NCBI GenBank assembly: GCA_050575255.1
Contig: JBNZDD010013716.1
Span: 3,883,658-3,947,657, forward strand
Length of the DNA stretch: 64,000 nucleotides
Direction: 5' to 3'
Origin: Harriotta raleighana
Lineage: Eukaryota
A model generated the notes under the pieces. The model did not search any database. It saw only the letters and a list, made by a program, of their open reading frames with translations, and was not told the DNA's origin. Positions within the stretch are counted from its first letter, which is position 1. Every line of letters starts with the position of its first letter. This document shows positions 11,933-24,600 of the stretch, in pieces. Made by a program: the position numbers and the translations under genes.

Positions 11933-12501
11933 AGAAAGATTAGATTGTGGTGGGCAGTGCTCTGAGCATGTATGTGCATGTACATATGTATGTGTGCGGG
12001 GTTCTACTATGTGTGAGCATGGAACAGGGCGGAAGTTGTAATACAAATTGTTTCTTCTACACCAGAACCGTTATTGGTATTGACTGATGTCTACAGTTGA
12101 GGGGATAAAGTTCATGGTGTGGCTCGGCTGTGTAGCTTGACAGACTTGAATCAATTAAAGTGTGTGCTCAAGTTTAGCACCATCTCAGCAGGATTGAGAC
12201 TGTTTTTATACCCGTGTATGTTTGGTGTATTTTTTTTCCCTTTTAGAATATGTACCTAAAGTTACATTTGTTAAGCCAAGATTGTTTTGCGACATTTTTT
12301 CAAGCATTTTTAGGCAGTGAATAGTATTAATATGTCCTCCAGGCCCTTCTTGTTGAAGCCCTCTCAAACCCTTGCATACATGTCTATGTATACATGTTAA
12401 AGCACACAATGCTTTTAAGTGTTGAGAAATAACTCTGCTGTTTAGAAGTTCTGGTTATTTAAATACAACAGACTAGTTCATTTGCAATTTTCTTTTATTA
12501 G

Positions 12502-12636
12502 GTGTGAAATCCCAGAATCCACTGCCAACTCTTGAGGGTTCCATCCAAAACGTTGAGTTGAAGTACTGTAGCACATCATTGGTGAAATGTGTTTCGGGGA
12601 CCGTGGGATCAATAAAAGTGTGTGCCAAAGTCCCAG
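12502..12636 (+). CDS. VPS13B: VPS13B internal coding exon (equivalent to human exon 18), 135 nt, phase 1-1
   Basis: Acceptor ttttcttttattag and donor CAG|gtatgt. Translates to (G)VKSQNPLPTLEGSIQNVELKYCSTSLVKCVSGTVGSIKVCAKVP(G), nearly identical to human VPS13B GVKSKNPLPTLEGSIQNVELKYCSTSLVKCASGTMGSIKICAKAP as recalled. This frame is absent from the ORF track. Confidence 0.96.
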
Positions 12637-13219
12637 GTATGTGCAGCTGGAACATGTAAAAAGTTTATTGCCTGTACAGGAGGATTGGCCTAACTCTTTA
12701 CAAGGAAAGTCTCTGAAATGTACTTTGTCTGCCATGAATCAGCTTTTTTCCCAAAAGGTTTTGTTGTTGTTTGTCAGTAGTCTGCTTAGCAATGCTACCT
12801 AAAGGAGTGCGAGAAACAAACAGTTTAAAGAAAAAGATGATTATTTATGATCTCAATCCAAAAGATTTGAGTTTTTAAAAAAAAATATTCCCCCAGGTTA
12901 GGCCGTCATAAATTGCCGCGTGGATTTCTGAGCACTGACCTGTGCGTAATTTTGAAATAATTCAGCTATTTCTGGTAGGCCCACATTCCTTGCAGCTACA
13001 ACACCCCGTAACATGCTTACAATAAAACGCAAATTGGCTGTCTGGAATGATCCCATGTAACAGTTACTGAAAACATAACATTGACTAATACAAATTTGTT
13101 CATGTTATTATGTTAATTAGGCTTCCACATGCACAAGTTTTGATTTGGACCTTTCAATCTGGACTGTGTATAACTAAAGTAAATTGCGGCTATCCCATCC
13201 TCTTTGACTGTGGCTACAA

Positions 13220-13320
13220 TCACCTCCCTAACACCCCTGGCTCGGTGTTAGGTTCTGCCACGGTCAAGCGCTCTGAGGCACTACCCTGCCTAAGGGGTGC
13301 TATATAAATGCAAGTTATTA
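13220..13320 (+). mobile_element. L2 3' tail fragment
   Basis: cccctggctcgg...aagcgctctgagg...gctatataaatgcaagtt. Confidence 0.6.
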
Positions 13321-14189
13321 TCATCCAGAACAAGCACAGTTTCCCTGTTTTAGAGCTCACTTGTGTTTCGGAAGGAAAACTTCGCCAGATATTCCCCTTG
13401 CAGGTGGATATTTTCTTCACAGGTTATAAAGGTGATATCCCAAATAACTATGGATTTTCAGACTTTTGTGGTTCAATTTTGTCTATATAACTGATATTTC
13501 TACAGTCCCAGCACATTGTGTAATACACTCAGTTGCTGTCTTCATCAGCTTGAACTCTGTTCCAAACCAAACAGTTATTCTAGCTTTTATTTAAAGGTAG
13601 AATTAACATGACCTCAACTGGTTTTGCTCCATGTACACATCACTCTTGAGTGGAGGCTAATTTCTTCCAATCTCCACAATGCTTCTTCAGTATTAATTCT
13701 AAACTTATGGTCCAATTTCATAGCTATATGATAGCTATGCTTCTCAGCATTTTTTTTCAGTGAGTCATGGTGAAAGGTGCACTTGACGTTTGGGTAGAGC
13801 AGGATGATCTGAAGGCTAATCACACTGGAGCTCTTGTTGCTGAAACCCAGGTGGCTTCAATGGTGAAAAGATTCATCTGAATGCAGATAAACGCGGCAGT
13901 GCAAATTCATTTCAGTTCCACTTCCAAGTCATTCCCTCATACGTTTGGTGGTGTATTGCATGCCTCGAGAACTTTCAAAGGACCATTTAATATAACAATA
14001 AAAAAAGAGTAACACCCAGTTTCAGAGCTCTACACACGTTTTATTACTGGTCCCAGATGAAATGTAATGAGGAGCAGGAAGCAGAAATCGAGCATCCTGT
14101 TCTATATCATGTTTTGTCTCGTCTTTCTCTCCCCCCACGCAGGGTATCATTTCTGTTCATCTCTCTTTGTTATACGATCACCTCAAAGT

Positions 14190-14585
14190 TACTTAGAGTG
14201 ATATGTCATGGAAACAGGCCTTTTGACCCAATTATTTTGCGTTTATACCTTACATGAGCTCCTTCCCTCTATTCCCCTCTCCTATGCACCTCTATTCCCC
14301 TCTCCACCTCTATTCCCCCTTTCCTTATGTACATGCATCAGGTTTTCTCTTAAATCCATTGCTATTTGCTTCAAAGACAGTTTCTGGCAGTAAATTATAC
14401 ATTCTCCCCATACTCTCCTTGAAGCGGCTTCTACTAAACTCTGCCCTTTAATTTTGGACTCACCAACAAGTGGAATCAGCCCATCAACATCCACCTCATC
14501 GAATCCTTTCATAATTTTAAACCCCTCTATCAGGTCCCCTCTCAAACATCTCAACTCCAGAGGGAAAAGCTGTAACATGTGCAAT
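14190..14585 (-). mobile_element. CR1 3' fragment (ORF2 C-terminus plus tail)
   Basis: Minus-strand LELRCLRGDLIEGFKIMKGFDEVD matches the CR1 ORF2 motif RRLRGDLIEVFKIMKG. Confidence 0.85.
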
Positions 14586-14692
14586 CTGTTTTTTGATAGC
14601 TGTGTCTTAACAACTTCTAAAGCTCAGCCCCGAGCAGCCAAGGCTTTTGTAGCACACGCAAAAGGAAAATGTGGTGACTTCAGTAAACTGGG

Positions 14693-14982
14693 ATCTACCG
14701 GGTCTGAACTCCTCCTTGTCCCCCGAATCCTCCGCTCCACCATCAGCGGCCATGCCTTCAGCCACTATGCCCGAGGCTCTGGAACTTCCTCCCTCACTCC
14801 CTTTGCCTCGCCCCTTCTCTTCCTACTTTGAGGTCTCAGCTAAAGACGTTTCTTTTTGTCCGCGCTTTTGGTCACCTTTTTCCCCCCCTTTTCCTGGCTC
14901 GGCCCCAGGATCCATTTTTGGGAAGCGCTCTGAGACTCCGTCCAGCATGGAAGGCGCTATATAAATCCAAGTTATTGTTGTT
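14693..14982 (+). mobile_element. L2 3' fragment
   Basis: LLLVPRILRSTISGHAFSHYA, then tail gcgctctgagactccgtccagcatggaaggcgctatataaatccaag(TTG)n. Confidence 0.85.
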
Positions 14983-15181
14983 ATCTATTGTGGCCTTCAA
15001 AGTACTGGGCTATGGCCACAGAGTGCCCTTCCCTTCCCATTGTGAATTGTGCATATCAATGGTAGTTGCTGTGCAGAGGTTTGTAACCAAGGCAGTCTTG
15101 TGGCAGTGGGAAGTCAATGAATGAGAACAAGAATATGGGAAGTTTTGAACATGAAACATTTTACTTTTATCTTAACTTTAG

Positions 15182-15361
15182 GAAGACATGGTGGTGCAAA
15201 GGAGAAACTGATTCCTCTAATTCAAGGGCCTTCAGATACACGAGAACTACACAAGAGCAAATGGCTGAACGAAAGTAGAAAACCTGAGTCTCTATTAGCG
15301 CCCGACCTCATCGCTTTCACGGCCCAGATTCCTCAACAAATGGAAAGCTGTTACAACTCTG
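15182..15361 (+). CDS. VPS13B: VPS13B internal coding exon (equivalent to human exon 19), 180 nt, phase 1-1
   Basis: Acceptor ttttacttttatcttaactttag and donor CTG|gtaagt. Translates to (G)RHGGAKEKLIPLIQGPSDTRELHKSKWLNESRKPESLLAPDLIAFTAQIPQQMESCYNS(G), matching human KEKLIPLLQGPSDTKDLHSTKWLNESRKPESLLAPDLMAFTIQVPQ as recalled. In frame with the previous exon. Confidence 0.96.
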
Positions 15362-16391
15362 GTAAGTTAACCTTCCGTGAATGGTCTTCTTTTGATACCT
15401 GTTACAGTTGGAGAAATGCACTTCACTGATAGCAGCGAGCTATCACCTCAAGTAGTCTTAGAAGCTCCTTGAACTATCATGTTCTCTCTGGGGCGTTGAG
15501 TTATGAAGTAAGTACGAATAGTTAGATTTTTTTTTTAGGCGGAACAATTGCCCCAACAAAATCCTTAACAGGAGCTGGACTGGTTGGTCTGAAACCCCTG
15601 TGTGGGATTGGGAAGGAAGCACAGAAAGTATAGCAACATTTGGATAATGTGAGATTTTAGAGATAAGTGGACACAGTTTTTGAGGGAGTGTTGTAACCCC
15701 TTTCCCCCCGGCCTCCCACCAATTCTCACTTCTATTTTTGTCAGAATCCATATCTCCTGTTTAGCCTCGTTGCAGTGCAGTACATCTGAAAAATACAAAT
15801 GAAAACATATTGTCCTATTGGGAGGTAAAAATGATTATGGTAAGCATTTGGAAAAGCTTTTAGGGGTAATTACTGCCCTGGGAATATAGAAGCAGAAATA
15901 AAACTCTACTGTGAAGGGGTAAGGCTTACTTGAGTTTTATTGGGCATGGTTCAAAAATCACAGGTGGAATGGAGTTTAAGATTTGTTGCAACTTGGGACG
16001 TGAAACATTACAGGCAAAACCAAAGCTTTGGATCAACCCTTACAAACCTCTGGTCACCCATCTTTTTGAATGAAATATAGACCTTCCCTTTGGAGTTGGA
16101 ACAGACATTTAAGTTGAAAATGATCGGAATGACTTTGGGATGTAACGTCACATCCTTGAATTATATTGAGTGTTTCTGTTCAATTCCCTCCTTCCTATGA
16201 CCTTGTAGATATCTTTGTCTGGAAATTTTTTGTTCCTCCACAAAGATGGACTATCACAGGGTTATAAATATCTAAACCATGATTTCTACTTTGAAATGTG
16301 CCCTTTATCTCATTTTCTCAGGAAGAATTGAGTGCTTTGGCCACATATCGCATACTGAGCAGTTCAATACTTTTTTATAGAATCTGGTCTG

Positions 16392-16785
16392 TTTGATTTC
16401 AAGATCCTCACCCTTGTCTTCAAATCCTTCCCCTCCTCTGTACCTCCTACCTCTCTGACCTCCTCTCTCCTCAAACCAGCACCTGTTGCCTTCGCTCCAC
16501 TGGGTCTGGGCTCCTCCATGTTCCCCAAATCCTCTGGTACACCCTCGGTGGCCGTGCCTTCAGCCACTATGCCCCGAGGCTCTAGAATTCCCTTCCTCAC
16601 TCCCTCCGCCTCGACCCCTCTTTTTCCAGTTTCAGGTCCCAGCTGAAGACCTTTCTCTTCGACCGCGCCTTTGGTCACCTTTCTACCCCTGCCCCTGGCT
16701 CGGTCCTGGGATCCGCTATTGTGAAACGCTTTGAAACTCTGTCCGGCATGGAAGGCGCTATATAAATCAAAGTTGTTGTTTTTGT
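16392..16785 (+). mobile_element. L2 3' fragment
   Basis: [11 protein letters not shown]...GGRAFSHYAP and the same tail as 14693. Confidence 0.85.
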
Positions 16786-16944
16786 GATGCTAGTGCCTGG
16801 AGGACTGCAGCACAGACTCATCTGGATGTGGGATAGGCAAATTATTATTCCTTGTAACGAGCAACGCAATAGAGAATTACACGGACTGAAAAACAACAAT
16901 GTCTGCATACATCAACATACATCATATTTGCTTGTGTGTTATAT

Positions 16945-17110
16945 TGAGTTGCACAGAGTGGTATAGAAGGAAACAGACCATTTGGCCCAACTCATCCATT
17001 CTCCACGTTAGTTTTGTGTGCTGCGCCCCAGTTTAGTCTTCACTAACTAGTTTATGTTCCACACGAGTCCCTAATCCTTCCCTTCCTCTCTCCATTACCT
17101 CTATTCCCTT
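16945..17110 (-). mobile_element. CR1 3' tail fragment
   Basis: cacagagtggtatagaaggaaacagaccatttggcccaact. Confidence 0.5.
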
Positions 17111-18222
17111 GCGTGGGTTCAAGTATGTCCTGTTTTTTATAACAGAAAAATCCATATATTATGACAATATACAAATATATTCTGAGAAACAACAAGTCTT
17201 ATTAAATGTTTCATTTTATAGTGCCTGAGAAGGTCAGTCTGTCTGTAACTTCCGATTGCTGTGTAAAGGAGCACAATGTTTGCAGAAGCATAAGAAGTCT
17301 TTTCAGTCTAGAATGATGTAAGGTAATTGGAAGAATAGGCGATAGAGAGAGGAGGAAAGAAAATCCTTGGTGGGAAGGTGCAGCAACGGGTGATTAAAAC
17401 AGACATGTAGATGAAAAGTTTGACACTGCTGATGATTTCCTCAATTTAAAAAAATGGTGGTGGTTTTCAATAGAAATGCGTGAAAATCATGCCACTCTCT
17501 CGTGCAACATTTCCTGAACTTCCCCTCGAGATTAGCCCAAGCTCTGTTTGTAATTGCTGGCAGTTTGTTTTTTTGAACAGGCTCCCAGTAGAATGCTTCT
17601 TCGGAGGGGAAGGGGGGTGGTGGGGGGAGGTCTAGGGGGTGTGGGTGGAGGGAATTATTCTATTGATGACCGACCAAGCTGCCAGGATGATTTCATGCTG
17701 GTAGCATTTGTTCACAGGAATTCATGAAAAAATGCAAACTGCCACAGAACACTGCAACTATTTGTTACTTTTAGTTGTAAGCCAAACGAAGAAGTGCAGG
17801 TGTTTGAGAAGCATAGTCCTGGGGGATCCCATGATGGTAGTTTTCAAGAAGAAAGTCCATGTGTTTGCAGACTAAAGCAGCAGCTGTGAAAGATTTATGC
17901 ATTTGTCAGGACCCTAAGATTTAAAAATGTAACATTTAATCAAATACAAGGAAAGCAGAACAAATGTTAAAGATGTTGCGTATGAGTGTTCGGGTTTGAT
18001 CTCTTTACCATTCCAGCAGCTTGTGGGAATGTGGACCAAAGTGCTGCCTAATCATACTTTGAATATGGTAAATGGGATTCGGTGAGAGAAAATCACAGGA
18101 ACCTTTTATTGCGTTTGATGCTTGCAGAGGACCACACTGGAACCTGCAGTTATTTTGAAAGCTCATTTGTCAATCTATAAGTGGTTTGGGGGAAGTATCT
18201 CAGATAGAAAGTCACAGTGAAA

Positions 18223-18475
18223 AGTAATAATAATAATCTTTACATTTGACATAGTGCCATTCATGTCAAGATGATGTCTTAAAGTGCTGAACAGGATATA
18301 CTATAATGTGGATTTTATGTGGGTGATCTCATGCTAAAAATAGGATTTAATTACTTTTAATAATAATAATCCTTGCATTTAATATAGCGCTTTTCACATG
18401 TTCTAGACATCTCAAAGCGCTTCACAGAATATACTGTAAAGTGAATTGACTGTATTTTTGTGGGCGAAACGCGAG
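18223..18475 (-). mobile_element. Two SINE tail fragments (18223-18305, 18358-18475)
   Basis: taataataatccttgcatttaatatagcgcttttcac... Confidence 0.75.
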
Positions 18476-19309
18476 TAGATAACTGCTCGTTCTTTCTGTA
18501 GTATTACTCAGAATTGCATGTATTTCGTGTGACATCAAGCAAAGTCTTAATATGTCTTTGAAGAATTGGTTAAATATTGTGGGAGATGGGAAGCGATGGC
18601 AAGTGCCTGTCTTTTGAGATTTATTTCCTGAATCTATTGGGCTACCTGCTGTTTATGTCTTGCAACTCCCATTGAATGGAGTTATTGATTGATTTTATTT
18701 AAGGGTTTTAATGGTAAACAGTAGCAACAACTTGTACTTATATAGCACCCTCCATGCAGATTAGTGTCTCAGAGTGCTTAAAATGGGAAGGTTACACGGT
18801 GTTACAGTGATCAAAGATAAGGATTAAAAACATCCACTTGAATTATGGAAACTGCTGTTAGTGTTGATCTTATATTCCCCCTGAGTTAAATTCACTGATT
18901 TAAAGAGCACCATTTATGATTATTTATGTGGATTGAAGCTCATTGTGGTATGTGATGATATTCCAGCAATAGTTTGATTATCCTGGCTGCTGTTGTCCTG
19001 ATTATCCGGTTGTTATTTGGTGTATCGTTGGTATATCGTTGAATAAAAGTAATCACTGCTTGTGTCCAAAAGTTTTCAACTTTCATGCACTGATTCTTAT
19101 CTTCAAGATGACAGCGTCAGTGTAAAGCAATAATTAATGTATGCCACTGGAGTAATATTTTATCCAATTTAAAGCTGTAAAACCTTCCAAGTGATCAGTT
19201 GGATCGTCCTCTCAATGTGAAAGGTGCTCTATAAGTGTAATTTTGTTGTTGTTGTTTAATACGGTTAACCTAAACTGGCTACACAGCTCTGGAGTTTGTT
19301 GATTTATGA

Positions 19310-19437
19310 GATATAGGAAATAATATTTTGGGATACAGTGTATAGTTTGGGGCATGGCATGTAGATGTGACTACCAGGATGGTGGAGCGCAAACTGAATG
19401 TATCCTGATCTTCTTTCATCTAGCAGTTTTTATGTTC
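19310..19437 (+). mobile_element. CR1-like 3' UTR fragment (second family)
   Basis: Reverse-complement match to 42108-42230. Ends tttttatgttct. Confidence 0.55.
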
Positions 19438-19604
19438 TGATGATATGAAAATTCCATTAAGACGATACAAATTCTACTGTGTGAAGACATTTTGTTCTTA
19501 GAGTTCAGTTGTATAGTATCAGTAGAAGTTTTGCAGAGCATCACAAATTAACAAACGTGATGAACATTGGCCAGACTGGGTAAACTCGATCTTTTATTTT
19601 GTAC

Positions 19605-20029
19605 TAATAATTCTTGCATTTGATGCAGTGCTTTTCACGTCTTCTAGACGCCACAAAACGCTTCACAGAATATACTGCAAAATGAATTGGCTACATATTT
19701 TGTGGGCGAAACACAGCAGCCAATTGCGCACAGCAGTGTCTCGCAAACAGTTGTGGATTGAAATGACCAATTTTATTTTTTTGGTACTCCACTGAGTAAA
19801 ACCACTGAGTAATAATAATCCCTCCAAAAAAAACACAATAATAAAATTGGTCATTTCAATCTATGACTGTTTGTGGGACACTGCTGTGCGCAATTGGCTG
19901 CCGCGTTCTGCCCACAAATATACAGTCAATTCACTTTACAGTATATTCTGTGAAGCGCTTTGGGACGTCGATAAGATGTGAAAAGCGCTATATCAAATGC
20001 AAGGATTATTATTATTATTATTATTATTA
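19605..20029. mobile_element. Head-to-head pair of headless SINEs forming an inverted repeat
   Basis: Minus copy at 19605-19778 and plus copy at about 19785-20029. Confidence 0.9.
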
Positions 20030-22169
20030 AAACCTTCTGTTAAGGAAAATTGAGTTATTTTAAAACAGTTTTAAGTCTACATCTGCCTCGATACTTTAAA
20101 ATGTTAACAATGAGCTGCATCCAAAATAAGTCCAACAGTGCTCTTCATGTATAAGAATTTCTCATTGCATTTAACAGTCGGAGTAGTGGATACTGAACAA
20201 GAAATGGTGAGATCTGCAGTCATTTTGGAGCTGTAGTTGAAGAGTAAGGTGTTGGTGAGGGGAATTGTGAAAGCAGGGAGCTAGATTCATAAAGTGAAGT
20301 GTTTACAAATGAGTTCCAGAGGACAGGGGCTTGATCCCAATGGTGGAACTTGAAGAGCAAACCAGACTTTCAACGGTGAAAAATGCAAGTTTGAGGCACC
20401 GCTGAAGACTGTACTGTTGAGTTGGAGCGAGGCCGTGGATATGAGGACAAAGATCCTGTTTTGGGACAGAGAGACAATAGATGCTTTTCAAGGACAAAGA
20501 TAGTGGCAGTCCAGCTGAGGACAGGTAAAATTGTAACCTTTGATGTTTAATGATTTCAATTCAAGAAAGTCGAGCTTTTCATTGCAGTGAGGCAGCTATT
20601 TTTATCCATTGTGGATGTTATCAACCAATTTGTTCTACAGCAACCATTTTCATATGAGTCATTGTGGAGAAAGAAATCTTTGGGCTGTTTTTGATCCGTT
20701 GAGTCTAAAAGGCTTCCAGAAGTGGATTGCTGAACTGTTATGGATGTCTCATTTGAGGTTGTTCATTAAAACACGAGGCAGTCTGCTTATGTTTTGCTCC
20801 ACTAGAATTACTCATTTATAACCAGACAGCAGCGATCATATGGACTTTGAAATCTGGGGCAATACTATGTGTTGCGCTGTAGTAGCAGTGTGTTGAGAAA
20901 GCGAAGGCTTTGGCCTCTGAACAGCTGGAAAACATGGAGCTTTTCCATCAGCTACTGGCAGAAGTTGAAATTGGAACAAGCAGATGAGATAAGTTTAATA
21001 ACTGTCTAAAATTATCAATAGCTCCAGCTGCTATGTCCTGAATTATAATTTCCCTTAAATTTCAAGATTTTGCTTGGTTCTGTTCGCCCCGACTGCAGAA
21101 AATCCACCCTTTATTATTTTTAAAACACCAGTCAGGCAGTGTTGCGTGTTTTATGCTTAATAAATTACATTTCAGGGAGCGTTTACTTAGAGGAAAGATG
21201 TAACCAGAGTAGAATCATTTCCAGATAAACTGCAGCCTTCCTCTTCACAAACTGTGCATGCGCAATTTACACATCTCTGTAGTATTGAGACGATTTAAGG
21301 ATTGGGACTTTTGCCTGCTTGGTTGAAGCCAAGTTCCTATGATGTATTTGAAATTAAATGTTCACTTGCATAGAAGCAGCATTCTTTTTGTCTTTTAAAA
21401 TGCGAGTTCGCCCACAAAATACAGACTGTCGCCTTTACACAATATTCTGTGAAGGGTTTTGAGACGTCTCAATGGTCTTGTAAGGTGTTGTATCAATTGC
21501 ATGGATTATTATTATTACCTCCCCGTCTCTCTCCATTTCACCATGTATTTCTCTCTTGCTGTCCTGGGAGTGATAAGGTGCTGTCTGAAATGCACAGATT
21601 ATTATTATGGAATACGCAATGAAATTCAGACGTGGGTGATGTTGAGAGTGATTTCACGGGTGCCTTCCGTCACGACCCTTCGACGGGGGCTTTGGTAGCA
21701 GCTGCACAACGTGTGAAGATGTGGGAATGCAATGCTTTCTGGACAACAGAAACACTGATGCCCACCTGGCAGGAAGTTAATCCAGAGCTCAGCCGTGATC
21801 ATCACAGTCTCGCACCTTAATAAGCAGGAAATGAGCCTCTCGACCCCCTCCCCCCCGAACCCCCCATAGCACATAATTCATCAGGTAATCCAGATGTACC
21901 AGTAGGAAACTCATGAATTACAGCTCTGAAAATGTGAGAGGTGTAGTTTGTGAAGACTGAAGTGTCTTGTAGACAAAGGTTGTCCCAACGTTCCCAATCT
22001 ACCCACCTGGAGAAGATGATAAGCCACCAGTTCAAAGGCATCTCAGTCAATTGAAATCCATCATATTTCTTGCCTTGATCCCTGTTCTATTTTTGACTTG
22101 ACAGTAGTTCACATAAGACTAATCCTTGAATCTGAAAATGTACCTTATTATAATAATAATACAGTACTA

Positions 22170-22452
22170 GTCCTTGCATTTGATACGGTGCTTTTCACGT
22201 CTTCTAGACATCTCAAAAGCGCTTCGCAGAATATACTGTAAAGGAATTAACTGTATATTTGTGGGCGAAACACGGCAGCAAATTGTGCACAGCAGTGTGC
22301 CACAAACAGTCGTAGATTGAGTGACCAAATTATTATTGTTTTCTTGAGGGATTATTATCAGGTGAGTGGAGTAAGGAAACTTGCTCAAGGTTTTGGAAGT
22401 CGAACCCAGGTCTCTCACTTGCAAGCCAAGTGCTCTAACCACTGAGCTATAG
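22170..22452 (-). mobile_element. tRNA-SINE, near full length
   Basis: ccttgcatttgata...gtgctctaaccactgagcta. Confidence 0.88.
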
Positions 22453-22659
22453 GTATGTCAAGACATCTCAAAGTATTTTGCTGAGTTTCCTATGAAGTGT
22501 AGTGAATCTGTATTTATAAGTAATTTGTACCCAGTTGGGAAATAGTGACCAGGACTGTTGCATTCTATTGTTTAAGGTAACACAGCCTACCTACAGTGGA
22601 TAATATTTTTTTTCAGATGCTATTTTGGGGATATCACTTGAAATACCATGTCATGTACA

Positions 22660-23060
22660 AAATCCTCATCTTCGCCTTCAAACCCCTCCACGGCCTTGCT
22701 ATTTCCTCTTCCGTGACCGACTAACTCCAAAACCACCTACTCACTCCCTCCACTCAGCATGTTCCGGACTGCTCCATGTCCCTTGCCCGTACCTACCCAC
22801 CATCAACAGTTGGTCCTTAGGCCTCTCTGTCCCCAAACTTTGGAATTCCTTCCCACAGTCCATTCGCCTCGCTCTCCCTTGCCTCCTTCAAGGCACATCT
22901 CAAGACCCTCCTCTTTGACCGCTTCTTCAATCACTCTCCTTACCCCTGCCCTCCACCCCTTCTGATCCCAACCCTCAATTCGAGTCCAAATCCCTGACTA
23001 TCAAGTACCTTGGGATGTCCTCCAGATATGAAAGACGTTTTTCAAATGTAATTTGTTGTA
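22660..23060 (+). mobile_element. L2 3' fragment
   Basis: KILIFAFKPLHG...PKLWNSFP and tail ttgggatgtcctccagatatgaaag. Confidence 0.75.
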
Positions 23061-23819
23061 TATAATTCTATTTGTACAAATTGAGAGAGTGATTTAAGGT
23101 TGCTAGTTTACGAATAGCATTGTAGAGCTGGACAGTTGGCACTCAGCAATGCTTAGAAGACAGGCTTAGAAGTTTAAGTATTGAACATTGGTTGTGTGTA
23201 ATTTTTACTGTTGCTCTAAAAAGTCTATCTACAGGTGGAAAAAATACCCTTCACATGCTGAATATCTAATTTTATTTTCACATAACTTTCGAGAACTGTA
23301 TGGTTCTCTTGACTGCAATAAAGCTGGAGGAGGATAAAGAACAACCCTTTGGGGAGACCATATTTGTGGCTTTATTGCCAGTATTTGTAGGATTTTATTT
23401 TTCCCATATTGAGTTTGATGACCGGAGAGGAAGTTTTTATCTCCTACCGTTACAGCTACTAGCAGAATTCTGCCATGATCTGTGGTTTACTTAATGCTTC
23501 GAGCGCTGTGCTAGTATTTCAGCATTGAAACCCAAATGCTCGGATGATGTTTATGTTGTATAAGACTCAGGATGATTTAATGAGACAGTTTTGAAATGCA
23601 GTGGTGTTTGTGTAAGGATGTATTGTAGTGTGGAGTGGAAGGAGACCTTGGGGTGAGGTTATACAATCACTTTAAGATAAAGACGATAAGAAAATCACTG
23701 CCTAGAAACCACAACATTTTGCAACAGCAGATCATCTGATGGGAGTTCATACTCACTATAGTCATTAAATGTTGTGATGAATTGTGGTTTGCAGACTATG
23801 ATTTTCTTACTGCCTTACT

Positions 23820-24600
23820 TATAGAATCATTTACAGGGCAGAAAGAGGCCATTTGGCCCATCATGTCTTGCGCTCGCTCTCAGCTCTCAGAGCAAGGTCA
23901 TTGAATCCCACTTCCCTGCCCTGTTCCTGTGCCCTTTTAAGTCTCTAAATTTCATATATTTAGAGTTCTGAAGCTCAGTGGTTAGAACACTCGCATCACA
24001 AGTGAAAGATCTGGGTTCAATTCCCTGTAGGGCACAATGTTAGCCAAATTTACTTACTCCACACTCCTCTGCTTATGTAGCAGTAAATAGGAACCCAGTT
24101 GTTCGTCCATTGGCGAAGTGTCTTTCCAGGAATAAATAATTCCTTAAAAAAAAATTGGTCGCTTCAATCCATGACTATTTGTGGGGCACTGCTTTGGGCT
24201 ATTGGCTGTTGCGTTTCACCCACAAAATATACAGCCAATTCAGTGAAGCGCTTTGACATGTTTCGACGATGTGATAAGATGCTGTATCAAATGCAAGGAT
24301 TATTATTAATACTATAAACTTCTCTCTTGAAACTCCAAATGGACCCTGCCTCTACCACCTAAGTTGGCGAGACATTCCACGTCCCGACAACTAATTCTTT
24401 GTGCAAAGAAAATCTCCAAGGATCTCTTGTTTCTGAAATCTGCATCTCTTAATCAACAAGTTGATTTTGTATATCGTCCCTCATGCAGGGTAGCGTCTCA
24501 GAAAGCTTACTTAATCACTGACTCCCCTTCCAACCCAACTGAATAGCCTCTCCCTATTCACCCTGTGAAAAATACTCATATATTTGCAGACCTCTATCGA
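23820..24600 (-). mobile_element. Old CR1 3' fragment interrupted by a SINE
   Basis: atagaatcatttacagggcagaaagaggccatttggccc, resuming after 24310. Confidence 0.6.
23962..24310 (+). mobile_element. tRNA-SINE long variant
   Basis: agctcagtggttagaacactcgc...cagtaaataggaacccagttgtt...aggattatta. Confidence 0.82.

Larger units (their letters stand above)
1..12501 (+). other. VPS13B: VPS13B intron upstream of the 135-nt exon (partial, >12.5 kb)
   Basis: No recognisable preceding VPS13B exon in 1-12501. Ends in a polypyrimidine tract plus AG. Confidence 0.8.
12637..15181 (+). other. VPS13B: VPS13B intron, 2545 nt, GT-AG, phase 1
   Basis: gtatgt...tttag between the two in-frame exons. Confidence 0.93.

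Noticed and set aside
22350-22368. Recursive-splice-like CAG|GTGAGT
   Set aside because: It lies within an antisense SINE and lacks a proper polypyrimidine tract. No strong YnAG|GTAAG ratchet site was seen in the window.
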